Below, one piece after another: positions 1-10,988 of a stretch of DNA of 64,000 nt. The stretch's first letter is position 1; each line of letters opens with the position of its first letter. Both the position numbers and the translations under genes were made by a program. The notes below the pieces were generated by a model. It searched no databases and had not been told where the DNA came from. It was given only the letters and a program-made list of their open reading frames with translations. The DNA is taken from positions 116,314,001 to 116,378,000 of the forward strand of contig NW_024704742.1 in NCBI RefSeq assembly GCF_018977255.1. The letters are read 5' to 3'. The stretch comes from Callorhinchus milii (Eukaryota).

Positions 1-1199
1 TTTTTAATTAATCTCTATATACTTTTAGAATGTAACCTACCTATAATCCATTAATAAGGCCGGTTTGATTTAATAACTATCTTAGCAGGGGTCAAAAGTA
101 GCTTTGCTGGACCGGTTGAGGGTAGCTTCTGATTATGTTCCATATTTTCCTGGGAAGGTGTTCACTCCTCTGAAATAATGAGCAATCGGGTCCTTAAGCA
201 CAGATGTAAGAACAATGGATCACAGAAAAAAAAGGCTACACCTGCCTAGGTTCAAGGCTGGATTATTGGAGAAAGCTGCCAAAACAAAAGTTACCCATCT
301 CTGTTTTTCCCCTTATCAGTTCTTCTCCGATGGGAAAAGAGCCTGGGCAAGGTCACTGGAAGCTTGTGAATGGTGGGGCTTCATTCTCTGTGACAACGGG
401 AGGTGGAGATAGAAACACTTAAAAGAAAGATGTAACTATGAAATAAGGAGTCGACGAAGAGGATCAGCACTTCTTCCCAGTGGGTCTGGGTAATATTGAT
501 TTTACTTATCTATTGTCTTCAATTGGAGCTTGTGTGACTTACTTAAGAAACTTTGGATTACACAACTGTATTGGTCATCTCCATCTGAATCTCTTACAGT
601 GTGTACCCTGACAATTAATCCCCATTATTGGTATCAGTAAATGTTGTCCTGTAAAAAGCGAGTTATGTTACTCTCTCACTTAAACAAGAAAGGCAAAAGT
701 CTCAATTTCAATTTCATGCTCAAGATCGTGCACCTTTTCCTTCAAAGATGTCTGAAAATTCTCCGTCTTTACTTTCTGTCCAGAGGCACATGAGATGGTA
801 TTACCATGGAAGACTTTGGTATTCTGGGTTTAGCACTTGGTCACAGTAGAATTATAGAGATTTCAGACAAACCGACAGTTTCTGAAAAATCCTCAATAGA
901 GACCGACTCCTAATGAAATCTTTCAAAACAGGCAGTGGGAACAGAAAGAAGATGTAAATGTATGAGAATTATTAGTAAAATGATATTAAAAAAAGTGCAC
1001 AGGGAATGGGGAAGAGACGATGATGGTTAGGATGATCTGAACTTGCCAGGTTTTTTAAATGCTTTATTTTTATTTAAAATTGTGCTGTCCATTTTTATTT
1101 CAGAATTGTGGGTTACAATGCAATAAAATTTACATTCAAGTAAGCGCTTTTCTTGTATATTGTAATAATACAATAATATTGTTTTGTAATACAATATTA

Positions 1200-1494
1200 C
1201 TCCGGCCTCCTGTTCGTCCCTCACCCCCTCCACTCCACCAACTGTAGCCGTGCTTTCAGTCACTGCAAAGCTCATTATGCCCCGAAGCTCTGGAACTCTC
1301 TCCCCCCAAATCCTCTGCCTTGCCCCCTCCAGCCCCACTTTCAAATCCCGCCAAAGGTCCTTCCTTTTTGATTGTGTTTACAGTCATCTCCCCCTCCCTC
1401 TCCCCTGGCTCGGGGTCAGACTTCACCACTGTTTAGCGCTCAGGGACGCTACACGGTGTGAAGGGCGCTATATAAATGCAAGTTGTTGTTGTTG
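1200..1494 (+). mobile_element. L2-clade LINE 3' fragment
   Basis: L2 ORF2-end/3'UTR pattern (ctctggaactctctccc...ttcaaatcccgccaaag) ending aagggcgctatataaatgcaag(ttg)n, a tail shared by many copies in the window. Confidence 0.8.
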
Positions 1495-1697
1495 CACATC
1501 CAATGCACTCCCAATATCATGGTATATGGATTGTGCTTGCCCTTTTCTCTCACTTTTACCTGACAAAATTCCTCCTACCCTCTTACTATCCTCCCTCTCC
1601 CCGAAACTTTCTCCAAAATTCCCTTCACCTTGTGCCTATTCTCTCTCTCTGCCTTCAAAACTCCTTAAAAATGTAACTCTTTGACATGCCTTTGATT

Positions 1698-2080
1698 GTG
1701 GAGTCCTGTAGCATAGTGGTGAGTGCGCTCCCCTCACCAGCGAGAGGCCCCAGATTCGATTCCCGGGCGAGGCAAAACCTTAGGCAAGTTCCTTACTCCA
1801 CGAGCCTCTGTTTACCTAACATTAAGGTAAACAGAGGCTTGTGGAGTAAGGAACTTGCCTAAGGTTTTGCCTCGCCCGGCAACCTGGTTGTTAGTCAAAT
1901 GGAAGGCCAACAAGCAGGGAGTTGGTGTAGTCAAGCCCCAAAAAATAATAATTTGATCACTCAATCCACGACTGTGGGTGGGACACTGCTGTGCGCAATT
2001 GGCTGCCATGTTTCACCCACAAAATACGCAGTCAATTCACTTTAAAATATATTCTGTGAAGTGGTTTGAAACGTCTCAAA
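1698..2080 (+). mobile_element. tRNA-derived SINE, long-internal variant, 3' truncated, with an internal inverted duplication
   Basis: Head gtggagtcctgtagcatagtgg (A box) ... attcgattccc (B-box-like); body ccttaggcaagttccttactccac; 3' part actgctgtgcgcaattggctgcc...gtcaattcacttt shared with other copies. Confidence 0.85.
1763..1879. repeat. Near-perfect inverted repeat, 55-bp arms, 7-nt loop
   Basis: 1763-1817 is the reverse complement of 1825-1879 with one mismatch. Confidence 0.95.
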
Positions 2081-2939
2081 TTCTCTACTTTCCTCCTTGC
2101 TCCGTGATTCCGAATGTCACTCAAAAGGACATTGAGATGTTCTTACTTGAAAAGTTCTCCATAAATGCAAGTCTTCTTAATCTTGTCCCTTTTGGATATG
2201 AACTTCTCTTATCCAGAACCTTTCTTTTATTAGATTCTGAAGTTCTTTAGAACAATTGTCCTCTAGAACAATTATGCAACTTTCCTGTGGACTTGGAAAT
2301 TCTGTCCCATCAGACTCACCATTCATCCATGCTCGTTCTCCTAAGAGCTCAGTCTCAGCACGTCTGGATGACATCCACACTAGTGCAGTTCAGAGCTATA
2401 GGATCACATTACATTGGTGAAGAATCCAATTATCGGAGTCTCTGAGCTGGGAATTAAATACTTGGTGGCAGCTTGGTGCTATCTGATCCCCCACACATTT
2501 ATTTTTTATAGAATTAGTTCTCAGGTTATGTCAGGATTTTATTATATTTGTCTGGCTTCAGCTTTATCAAATGCCCTCCACAGCCTGCTGACATCAAGAG
2601 GGCTCCTAATTCAGCTACACCCAATGTCACTCCTCTTCAGCTTGTGAAGCATATGCTGCTTTCTCACAAGTACTATCTACAATCCCAGACCGACCCTAAA
2701 TGGATAATTCGCACATCAGCATTTCAGTTCTCCGTCTTATATATATGATTTCAATTAGTACCAATAGTCTAACAGCAGTAGTTTCACTTTGCAATTTTAA
2801 TAATTTAGAGATCCACTAAGAATAAGATACCATGTGCACGACACAGAATGTAAAAAATTGAGTTAAAGAATACAAGTACCGAAAACATAAAGCTAACTAT
2901 AGAAGTTACCAGTTTCACAAATATACTTTCAACAGCAAG

Positions 2940-3999
2940 TTCTTCTTGGAGCAAACTAACTTGTCTGTCTAAGGGCTCTGTCCTTTGTTCCCTCTTCTTC
3001 AATATCTAATGCTCCCTCTTGGTGAAATCATCTGCAGGTCAACTACCACATGTATGTGGATGACACCCAAATCTATTTCTCTGCCTCCACTCTTGACTCC
3101 AGGATCACTGCTGTCCTGACAGAATGTCTGTCAGACATCAAGTCCTGGATGAGAGCTAACTTTCTACAGCTGAATGTCATCAAGACTGAGGTCCTTCCGA
3201 TTGGCTCCCGTCAGCGCCTCCTCACCTCAGGCACTGACAGCACCACCATCCAAGGACGCACACTCTGCCTTACTAAGCATATCTGAAACCTTGGTGACTG
3301 TTTTGACCCTCAACTGTCCTTTCTACCCCACATCCATGCCATGATCCACTCTGCCATCCCCCACCTCCGCAACATCGCCAACCTCCACCACTGCCTTTCC
3401 CCTCAGGCCGCTGAAACCCTCATTCATGCATTTATTACATTTGGGCTCGACTACACCAACTCCCTGCTTGTTGACCTTCCCAACTCTTCCCTCCACAAGC
3501 TGCAGATCATCAAAAACTCAGCAGCTCATGTCCTTACCCACACCAGACTCCGTGACCCCACCACTCCCACCCTCGCCGGCTCCACTGGCTCCCCATCCCC
3601 CAGAGGATAAAGTTCAAAATTCTAATACTCGCTTTCAAGGCCCTCTGTGATCTGCTAACCCCATATCAACCTGTCTGCTTCCTTCGTTCAGCAGGCTCTG
3701 GCCTGCTCCACATCCCCCGCCCGGCTCGCCCCACCATCGGTGGTCAGGTCTTCAGGCCCACCCTTTGGAACTCCGTCCCCCAGTCCCTTTGTCTTGCTCT
3801 CTCCCCTGCCTCCTTCAAAGCACATCTCAAAACCCTCCTCTTCGACCATGCATTCGGTCACCATCCTACCCCTACACTCCCTGCCCTCCACCAGCCCTGA
3901 TCCCAACCACATTCTTGTGTCAAAATCCCTGACTGTCCAGCACCTTGGGACGTCCTCCCAATGTGAAAGGTACTTTACAGTTCTAATTTGTTGTTGTTG
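2940..3999 (+). mobile_element. 5'-truncated L2 LINE (degenerate RT C-terminal half + 3'UTR)
   Basis: QGSVL-like motif at ~2970; YVDDTQIY motif (ORF 3050-3286); AAETLIHAFITFGLDYTNSLL (ORF 3341-3610); (ttg)n tail ending 3999. Confidence 0.9.
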
Positions 4000-4622
4000 C
4001 CTCCTGTCCAACTCTCTCTCTTTCTTTCTCTCTCTCTTACACACCTCCAACACACAGACCTGCTCTCAGATGATTTTCTTCCCTGACACATAAGTACTTC
4101 CATAGACTGGTTTGCACCCAGCAAATTCTACTCTTATTCTTTGAACTTAGTGAATCATTCCTAGATAGTAATCCTTTGTCCATTGAACTTCAAATATATA
4201 AACTTCAAAGAATGATTCAATTGATGGTGGTTGGGAGGGTAGGGTGGGGAAGTAGGAGGTATCCCAACCCTACCATTATTTTTTGTTTATAGTAACATTT
4301 CTGTAACTACACTTGTCTTGTTCACATCTTAGTGTGAATGGAACTTCATGCAGTCAGTGAAACAATGGCCATTTCAAACATCTGCAAAGCTTTGTTCCAG
4401 TGTTTACAAATTAGAGTGTAAGATAATTGTTTAAATTGTCACTGCTTGATATTAACTTTCTCTGTGATGCTAACTTTCTGATATAAGAAACATTGAATTT
4501 TATCATTGAGGAACATAGTTAGGTTTCCCTAAATCTAAAAATAAATCTGTGCTATTGCCTTAATAACATCTTATAATAATAATAATCCTTGCATTTGTTA
4601 TAGCACTTTTCACGTCTTCTAG

Positions 4623-5590
4623 ACTTCCCTGTCAAGACCCTTAAGAATCTTATAGGGTTCTATAAGATCACCTCTAAATCTTCTATATTCTAGAGAATAT
4701 AGGCCTAGTTTACTCAAATCTATCCTCATAGGTCAACCCCCTTATCTCAGGAACCAACCTAGTGAATCTACGCTGCACCCCCTCTAAGGCGAGTATGTCC
4801 TTTCTTAAATAAGGAGATCAAAACGCACACAATATTCTAGGTGTAGTCTCACCAAGGCCTTACACAACTGCAGCAAAACTTCCCTACTCTTGTACTCTAA
4901 CCCTTTTGCAATGAACCCAACATGCCATTAGCCTTCCTAGTTGTTTGCTGTACCTGCATACTAACTTTTTGTGACTGGTGTATAAGGACACCCAAATCCC
5001 TCTGAACACTAACACTGCCTAGTCTCTCCCCCTCTAGAAAATAATCCCCTTTTCTATTTTTACTACCGAGGTGAATAACTTCATACTTCCCCACGTTATA
5101 CTCCATCTACCACCTTCTTGCCCACTCACCTAGCCTGTCTATTTCCCTTTGCATTCTTCGTGTGTCATCCTCACAGCTTACTCTCCCATGTATCTTTGTA
5201 TTGTTCACATATTTAGATATGTTAAGTTCTATTTCCTCATCTAAATCATTAATATAGACTGTAAATAATTGAAGCCCACGTACTGATCCTTTGTGGCACT
5301 CCACTAGTCACATCCTGCCAATCTGAGAAGGAACCATTTATCCCTACTCTGTGTTTTCTTCCATGCTAATATATTACCTTTAATTCCATGGGGTCTAATC
5401 TTATGCAACAGCTTTTTATGTAGCACCTTGTCAAATGTCTTCTGGAAATCCAAATACACCACATTTACTGGTTCCCCCCTATCTAACCTGCTAGTTACAT
5501 CCTCAAAAAAACTTGTTAAACATTATTTCCCTTTTATAAAGCCATGTTGACTCTGCCTTATCATGTTATGATTTTCTAAGTACCCCACAT
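4623..5590 (-). mobile_element. CR1 LINE internal RT fragment
   Basis: Minus-strand ORFs 4897-5106 (YNVGKYEVIHLGSKN...QRDLGVLIH) and 5107-5304 (LFTVYINDLDE) closely match the CR1 ORF2 at 14733-15362. Confidence 0.92.
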
Positions 5591-5604
5591 CGACGCCCAT
5601 AATT

Positions 5605-6250
5605 AACAACAACAACAACAACAACAAGATTGCATTTATAGAGTGCCTTTCACGCCGGGAGGACGTCCCAAGGCGCTGAACAGTTGGGTCGGGACCCGAG
5701 CAGGGGGGAAATGGTCAGGGTGAGTGGAGGGAAGGGAGGGAGCAAGCGAGGAGGGGAGGGAGCAAGGAGGGGGTAGAGAGGAGAGCTGAAGGCACGGTCA
5801 AAGAGAAAGGTCTTGAGACCGGCCTTGAAGGAGGAAAGGGAGGAAGCAAGGCGAAGGCACTGGGGGATGGAGTTCTGGAACCATGCCTTCAGCTCCCCTC
5901 TCGACTCTCTACCCCATCCTCGCTCCCTCCCTTCCCTCCCCTCACCCGGACCATTTCCCCCCTGCTCGGGTCCTGACCCAACTGTACAGCGCCTTGGGAC
6001 GTCCTCCCGACGTGAAAGGCACTCTATAAATGCAATCTTGTTGTTGTTGTTGTTCCAGAGCCTAAGGGCTGAGAGGCTGAAAGCCAGGCCACCGATGGTA
6101 GGGCGGTTAGGGCGGGGGATGTGGAGCAGACCGGAGCCAGAGGAATGGAGGGTACAGGTAGGTACGTGGGGGGATAGTAGTTCGGAGAGGTAGGAGGGTG
6201 CAAGGCCGTGAATGGCCTTGTAGGTGAGGATGAGGATCTTGAATTCGATT
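5605..6250 (-). mobile_element. L2 LINE 3' fragment interrupted by an antiparallel copy of the same family
   Basis: (aac)n tail at 5605; body continues to ~5875 and resumes at ~6054 (ccagagcctaagggctgagaggctgaaagcc...gaggatcttgaattcgatt). Confidence 0.85.
5876..6054 (+). mobile_element. L2 LINE 3' end (short insertion)
   Basis: cagcgccttgggacgtcctcccgacgtgaaaggcactctataaatgcaatc(ttg)n; reverse complement of 5605-~5795. Confidence 0.85.
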
Positions 6251-6444
6251 GTTATTAAGGACTCTTGATGTTCCTAATTGAGACCATTGTTGGACAAGCA
6301 CATCTGCTTATCTCGCTGGGACCACCCTACCGGTTAGGACTTTGGCTTGCCGAGTTAACAGGAGCTGAGTGGGAAGAATTCCTGAGTGATTGGCACTCCT
6401 GAGCCAGGTTGACTGGTTGGTCATCATCAGTGCTCTGGAATAAA

Positions 6445-6794
6445 AATAATAATGATAATCATAATAATCCTTGCATTTAACATAATGCCTTAACACGTCT
6501 TTGAGTCTCAAAGCGCTTCACAGAATATACTGTAAAGTGAATTGACTGTATATTTTGTGGATTAAACGCAGCAGCCAATTGCACACAGCAATGTCCCACA
6601 AGCAGTTGTGGATTGAGTGATGAAATTATTTTTTTGAAGGAAAGTGATGCACCAACTAACTAACAACTGGGTTCCTACTTAATGCTAGTTAACCAAAGAG
6701 GTGAGGAGTAAGGAACTTGCCTAAGGTTTTACCTCGCCCGGGAATCGAACCCAGGTGAGGCGAGCGCACCAACCACTATGCTATAGGACTCCAC
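6445..6794 (-). mobile_element. tRNA-derived SINE, long-internal variant
   Basis: Reverse complement of the SINE head (gactccac at 6787-6794) through to an (aat)n tail at 6445-6468. Confidence 0.88.
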
Positions 6795-7141
6795 AATCAA
6801 AGGCATGTCAAAGAGTTACATTTTTAAGGAGTTTTGAAGGCAGAGAGAGAGAATAGGCACAAGGTGAAGAGAATTTTGGTGAGAGTTTCGAGGAGTGAGA
6901 GGACAGTGGCTGAATATTCGGCCATCAATGATGGAGGAAATGAGGAAAGAGCAATAAAACAAAGCTTAGATATTCTTAGAAGGTGAAACCTTCAACTCTG
7001 GAATCCCAGGACATTGTTAGCAGGGACGCTAACAATTACTGTATTTCTCTAAGTGGCTAGGAGTGAGTTTTGTCAGGTAAAATGAGAGAAAAGGGTAAGC
7101 ACAATCCATATACTGTGATATTTAGAGTGCATTGCATGAGC

Positions 7142-7287
7142 AGCAACAACAACAACTTGCATTTATATAGCGCCCTTAATGCCGCATAGTCTGACCCCCA
7201 GCCAGGGGAGGGGGCGAGGGAGGCGTAAGCATGATCAAAAAGGAAAGTCTTTAGGCGGGATTTGAAAGTGGGGATGGAGGGGGCAAG
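7142..7287 (-). mobile_element. L2 3' fragment (part of the inverted duplication)
   Basis: (aac)n tail; reverse complement matches 1320-1494. Confidence 0.8.
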
Positions 7288-7288
7288 A

Positions 7289-7379
7289 TGGAGTAAGGAA
7301 ACTTGCCCAAGGTTTCACCCTGCTGGTATTCAAACCAAGTCTCTTGCTTGCGAGTGCTCTAACCACTGAGCTACAGGAT
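7289..7379 (-). mobile_element. tRNA-derived SINE head fragment
   Basis: Reverse complement reads tcctgtagctcagtggttagagcactcgcaagcaagagacttggtttgaatacc...ccttgggcaagtttccttactcca. Confidence 0.8.
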
Positions 7380-7835
7380 GTCAGCTGGGCCCAGGAGCTG
7401 CTGTGGTAGCTCAAAGCTGTGGCTTCAGAAAAAATTATCCGCAAGATTTGACAGAAACAGAAACAACTTGGTAAACAGAATAAATCATGGAAATCAAGAG
7501 GACGTCTTTAATCTGAAGTCCCAACACAACTGCTCATCATCATCGAATCATAAAGAAAAGGATTGAGTGACAATTTTTTTTGATAATTTGGTCATTATAA
7601 ATACTACTGCTACTACAACTAATAATAATCCTTGCATTTGATATAGCACTTTGCACATCTTCTAAACGTTTCAAAACGCTTCACAGAATATACTGCTTTA
7701 AATATAAAAAATTGAATATTGAAGATTTAACATCTGACAGGCACAGATTTGAGCCCTCACTAGGTGGACAGTGGATACCCAGAACTCCATGCGAGCTTCC
7801 TGGTGAATAACACAGCTCAGCATGAAATGCTACTT

Positions 7836-7978
7836 TAACCATAAAATATTGATATAAACCACAGAATGTTTATTTTTAACTATAGAACATTCATAATAAC
7901 CATAGATTATTACATTAACCACAAAATATTGATATTAACCACTTTGTTTTATGTAGACCACAAACTATTTATATTGAT
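7836..7978. repeat. Degenerate ~20-bp minisatellite (~7 units)
   Basis: Recurring unit close to taaccacaaaatattgatat. Confidence 0.65.
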
Positions 7979-8803
7979 TTTCCTGTTTTTTATAATAATG
8001 CAGACATTGTCAATTTTTGGTCTCTTTCTCACTTCCTTAGATTGTTTCGAACTCCACAGTGGACCTGTCCTAAACAACCTGTACGTTGAACAATACATTT
8101 TAGCAAGATTAAAAATCTTGCACCTCTTGCCCTGTCCATTCAATTCTGTACAAAATGAAGGCGTCCAGAGGCATTAACTGAGTGACGCTTATATCCAGAC
8201 TTTTGACTGATTGAGATGAAAAATGCTAGTTCAGCGATTATTTGTCTTTGGGTCGGTCTTGGCTTCGGTGCCTTTGAATTTTGCTTCTGTAAGCATGTTT
8301 CTTCCGCATTTTCATTGTAACCGATTCAGTGTCAGCGATGTTTGAATATAATGATTAATTGCTCTAGCTGCTGGCTGGGAGCCACAACATGTTATCTTGA
8401 CACACACTAAAAAGCAATGACACATATGCAGTCGCTGATAAGCTGTTGAAGCCTGAAGCAAAACAATGAAAAGTAGCAGCCACATAAGCATTCAAGGGCA
8501 AAGCACAATAAGGAATTACATTTGATACAGCAGAGACAATGTCAGCAAAGGTTTAAAATAAAATATTTAAATTTCTAGTTAAAACAACCGCCTCATAGAA
8601 ATGCAATAGCCTCCCTAATTTTGAACGGAAAAGTAAAGAAACATTAGTGGCTCAGCTTTCCTGCTCTGTTTGTTGTCTCGTTTTTGTTTAAGGCTTCAAG
8701 GGACTGTGAATACAGCAGATACATTAATATTCAAGATTATTTCTAACCTTTTTACCACTTTTTGAGCTGTCTGCCTCAACCATTCTTTAAGATGAAGACA
8801 TTT

Positions 8804-9124
8804 GTGGAGTCCTGTTAGTGTATTGATTAGAGCACTTGCCTCGCAAGCGAGAGGACCCAGGTTTGATTCATAGGCGGGTGAAACCATGGGCAAGTTTCCT
8901 TACTCCACACGCCTAATAATAATCCCTCCAAAACAAAACAATAATAAATTGGTTATTTTCAATCCGCGACTGTTTGTGGGACACTGCTGTGTGCAATTGG
9001 CTGCCGTGTTTCGCCCACAAATATATGGTCAATTCACTTTACAATCTATTCTGTGAAGCGCTTTGAGACGTCGAGAAGACGTGAAAAGCACTATATCAAA
9101 TGTAAGGATTATTATTATTATTAT
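8804..9124 (+). mobile_element. Full-length tRNA(Ala-like)-derived SINE
   Basis: gtggagtcctg...agagcacttgcctcgcaagcgagagg...ggtttgattc head, shared body, tail atcaaatgtaagg(att)n. Confidence 0.9.
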
Positions 9125-9164
9125 AATTGGCGGATCACTTTTCTAGGGGTAATAGTCACTGCAA

Positions 9165-9352
9165 AAAATAAATAAAATAATAATTTTGTCATTTAATCCA
9201 CGACTGCTATGCGCAATTTGCTGCTGTGTTTCACCCACAAAATATATAGTCGATTCACTTTATAATATATTCTGTGAAGAACTTTCGAGATGTCTCGACA
9301 ACGTAATAAGGAGCTATATCAAATGCAAGGAATTTTATAGTTATTATTATTA
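9165..9352 (+). mobile_element. SINE 3' half
   Basis: aatccacgactgctatgcgcaatttgctgc...ctatatcaaatgcaagg and (att)n tail. Confidence 0.8.
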
Positions 9353-10333
9353 GTGACAGCCTAGATAATGAAGTCAAATCTGGGGGATTTAGCCTTCTGA
9401 CCTAGATAGGAAAATATTATTGACTGAGCCAAGTTAGTGTAAATTAAAAATGTATCCGAATTACTGAAATATAGAGATAGGAACCTATGAATCAATGCAG
9501 TTTTTACAGGGCATGCAGTCATTGTGATATTTTAATTCCATCCCATAGACTAGCACAGAGGAGATCTTGCACACTGACAGTAGAATCTTTACTTGTTAGT
9601 GAGGGTGGAAGCAATAGTGCTCAGTAAATAATTCAGAGTTGAAGACGAATAACAACAAATCTCTCTTTGTCTCAATGGCAAGCAGCTACCTACCAGCAAA
9701 AAGGCACATTGCTGGTACTCACATCATTACACAATATAATTATATTCAATTTGTAATCACTGAATAACTAGTCAATCCTGCGAATGGGAGAATTTGCTTT
9801 GAAGTGTCTGTCTGATAAATGGGTTTGCATGCTGTGTCTAAATAGATTAGGATTGCCTGAGCTAAAGGGAACATTTTAAAGCATTATGCCATTTGCAATA
9901 CATTCCTCTATACACACACACAGTCACCCACTGGCAGAACCACAACCAGAGAGAGATTGAATGCAAATTCCTAAAACCATGCAATCTCTACTGTGCATAT
10001 TTTAGCATCTGATGTCTCAGGAGTTTTTGTTGTTTTAATGATGTAATAATTCCACTTCCCAGCACTGTCAGACCTTTTGCCCTTGCTGGGAGATTATTTT
10101 CCAACAAAAAGCAATTATTTTGAATTTGACAGGTGTGTGTGTGGGGGGGGGAGGGAATAACATTGTATAATAATACAAAAATTAACCATTGTTGATCATG
10201 ATTCACAAATAAATTGAAAAATCCTAGGTTTAATGACATGGCAGTTCAATAAAATACACAGTCACTCCATTATAACGTGCCCAAAGCCCAAATAACGTGG
10301 TCTCACTTATATCATTAGTAAACAATGGACACC

Positions 10334-10420
10334 AAGATCAGCCATGATCTTATCGAATGGCGGGGCAGGCTCGAGGGGCCGAATGGCCTACTCCTGCTCC
10401 TAATTCTTATGTCCTTATGA
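10334..10420 (+). mobile_element. CR1 3'UTR fragment
   Basis: agatcagccatgatcttatcgaatggcggggcaggctcgaggggccgaatggcctactcctgctcc matches the 3' end of the CR1 at ~15920-15985. Confidence 0.85.
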
Positions 10421-10468
10421 CCTGTGCTAACTGGACGCACAGTGCAGAGGAGAAGGATTCCTCCACTA

Positions 10469-10664
10469 AAAAATGGTTGACTTCCAGGTTATCAGGTTGC
10501 CACTGATATCATTTCCCTTGTGTTGCACATGTGCACAGGAGGTGCTGTTGATATCACTTGACAAAGGAATTGATGTCAGCAGTGCTTCTTGCTATGGTTC
10601 TCATTTGCAGTCCGCTTGAAGAGCTGTTAATGGTAACCAGATGACTGGGATATCAACCATTTTT
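10469..10664. repeat. Imperfect palindrome, MITE-like relic
   Basis: Outer arms aaaaatggttgacttccaggttatcaggttgcca / tggtaaccagatgactgggatatcaaccattttt; inner arms caggaggtgctgttgatatca / tgatgtcagcagtgcttcttg. Confidence 0.6.
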
Positions 10665-10749
10665 CCATGCTTAATTCACGCCTCTGAGATATTGGACCAA
10701 CCCACAAGTCTGTGTTATAACTAGGTTGCCGTGTGAAAAAGTAAAAGAC

Positions 10750-10988
10750 AAATAATAACAATAATTCCTGCATTTGGTAAAACACTGTTCACATCAGGAG
10801 GACATTCCAAAGCGCTTCACAGGATTTTACTGTGTAGGCAAACAGCCAAGAAACAATTGACCAATTTTATTTGAAGGATTGTTGGCCAGGGCACCGGGAG
10901 AATCTCTCTTCTCTGAATAGTTCCTTGGGAACTTTAACATCCACCTGAACAAGCAAATGGGATCTCGGTTTAACATCATCTAAAGGAC
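10750..10988 (-). mobile_element. Deu-domain SINE (SacSINE1-like) fragment
   Basis: ttggccagggcaccgggagaatctc...gaatagttccttgggaactttaacatccacctgaac...tctcggtttaacatc is the reverse complement of the Deu core, preceded by a SINE tail. Confidence 0.7.

Noticed and set aside
300..495. Possible exon after the acceptor ctgtttttccccttatcag
   Set aside because: All three frames stop before the plausible donor at ~490 and no peptide is recognisable; a non-coding exon cannot be excluded
7836..7978. CRISPR-like array
   Set aside because: Adjacent degenerate units with no unique spacers, no cas genes, vertebrate context
8804..8880. SINE heads as functional tRNA genes (also 18465, 49399, 60769)
   Set aside because: They lack a paired acceptor stem and run into SINE bodies with (ATT)n tails
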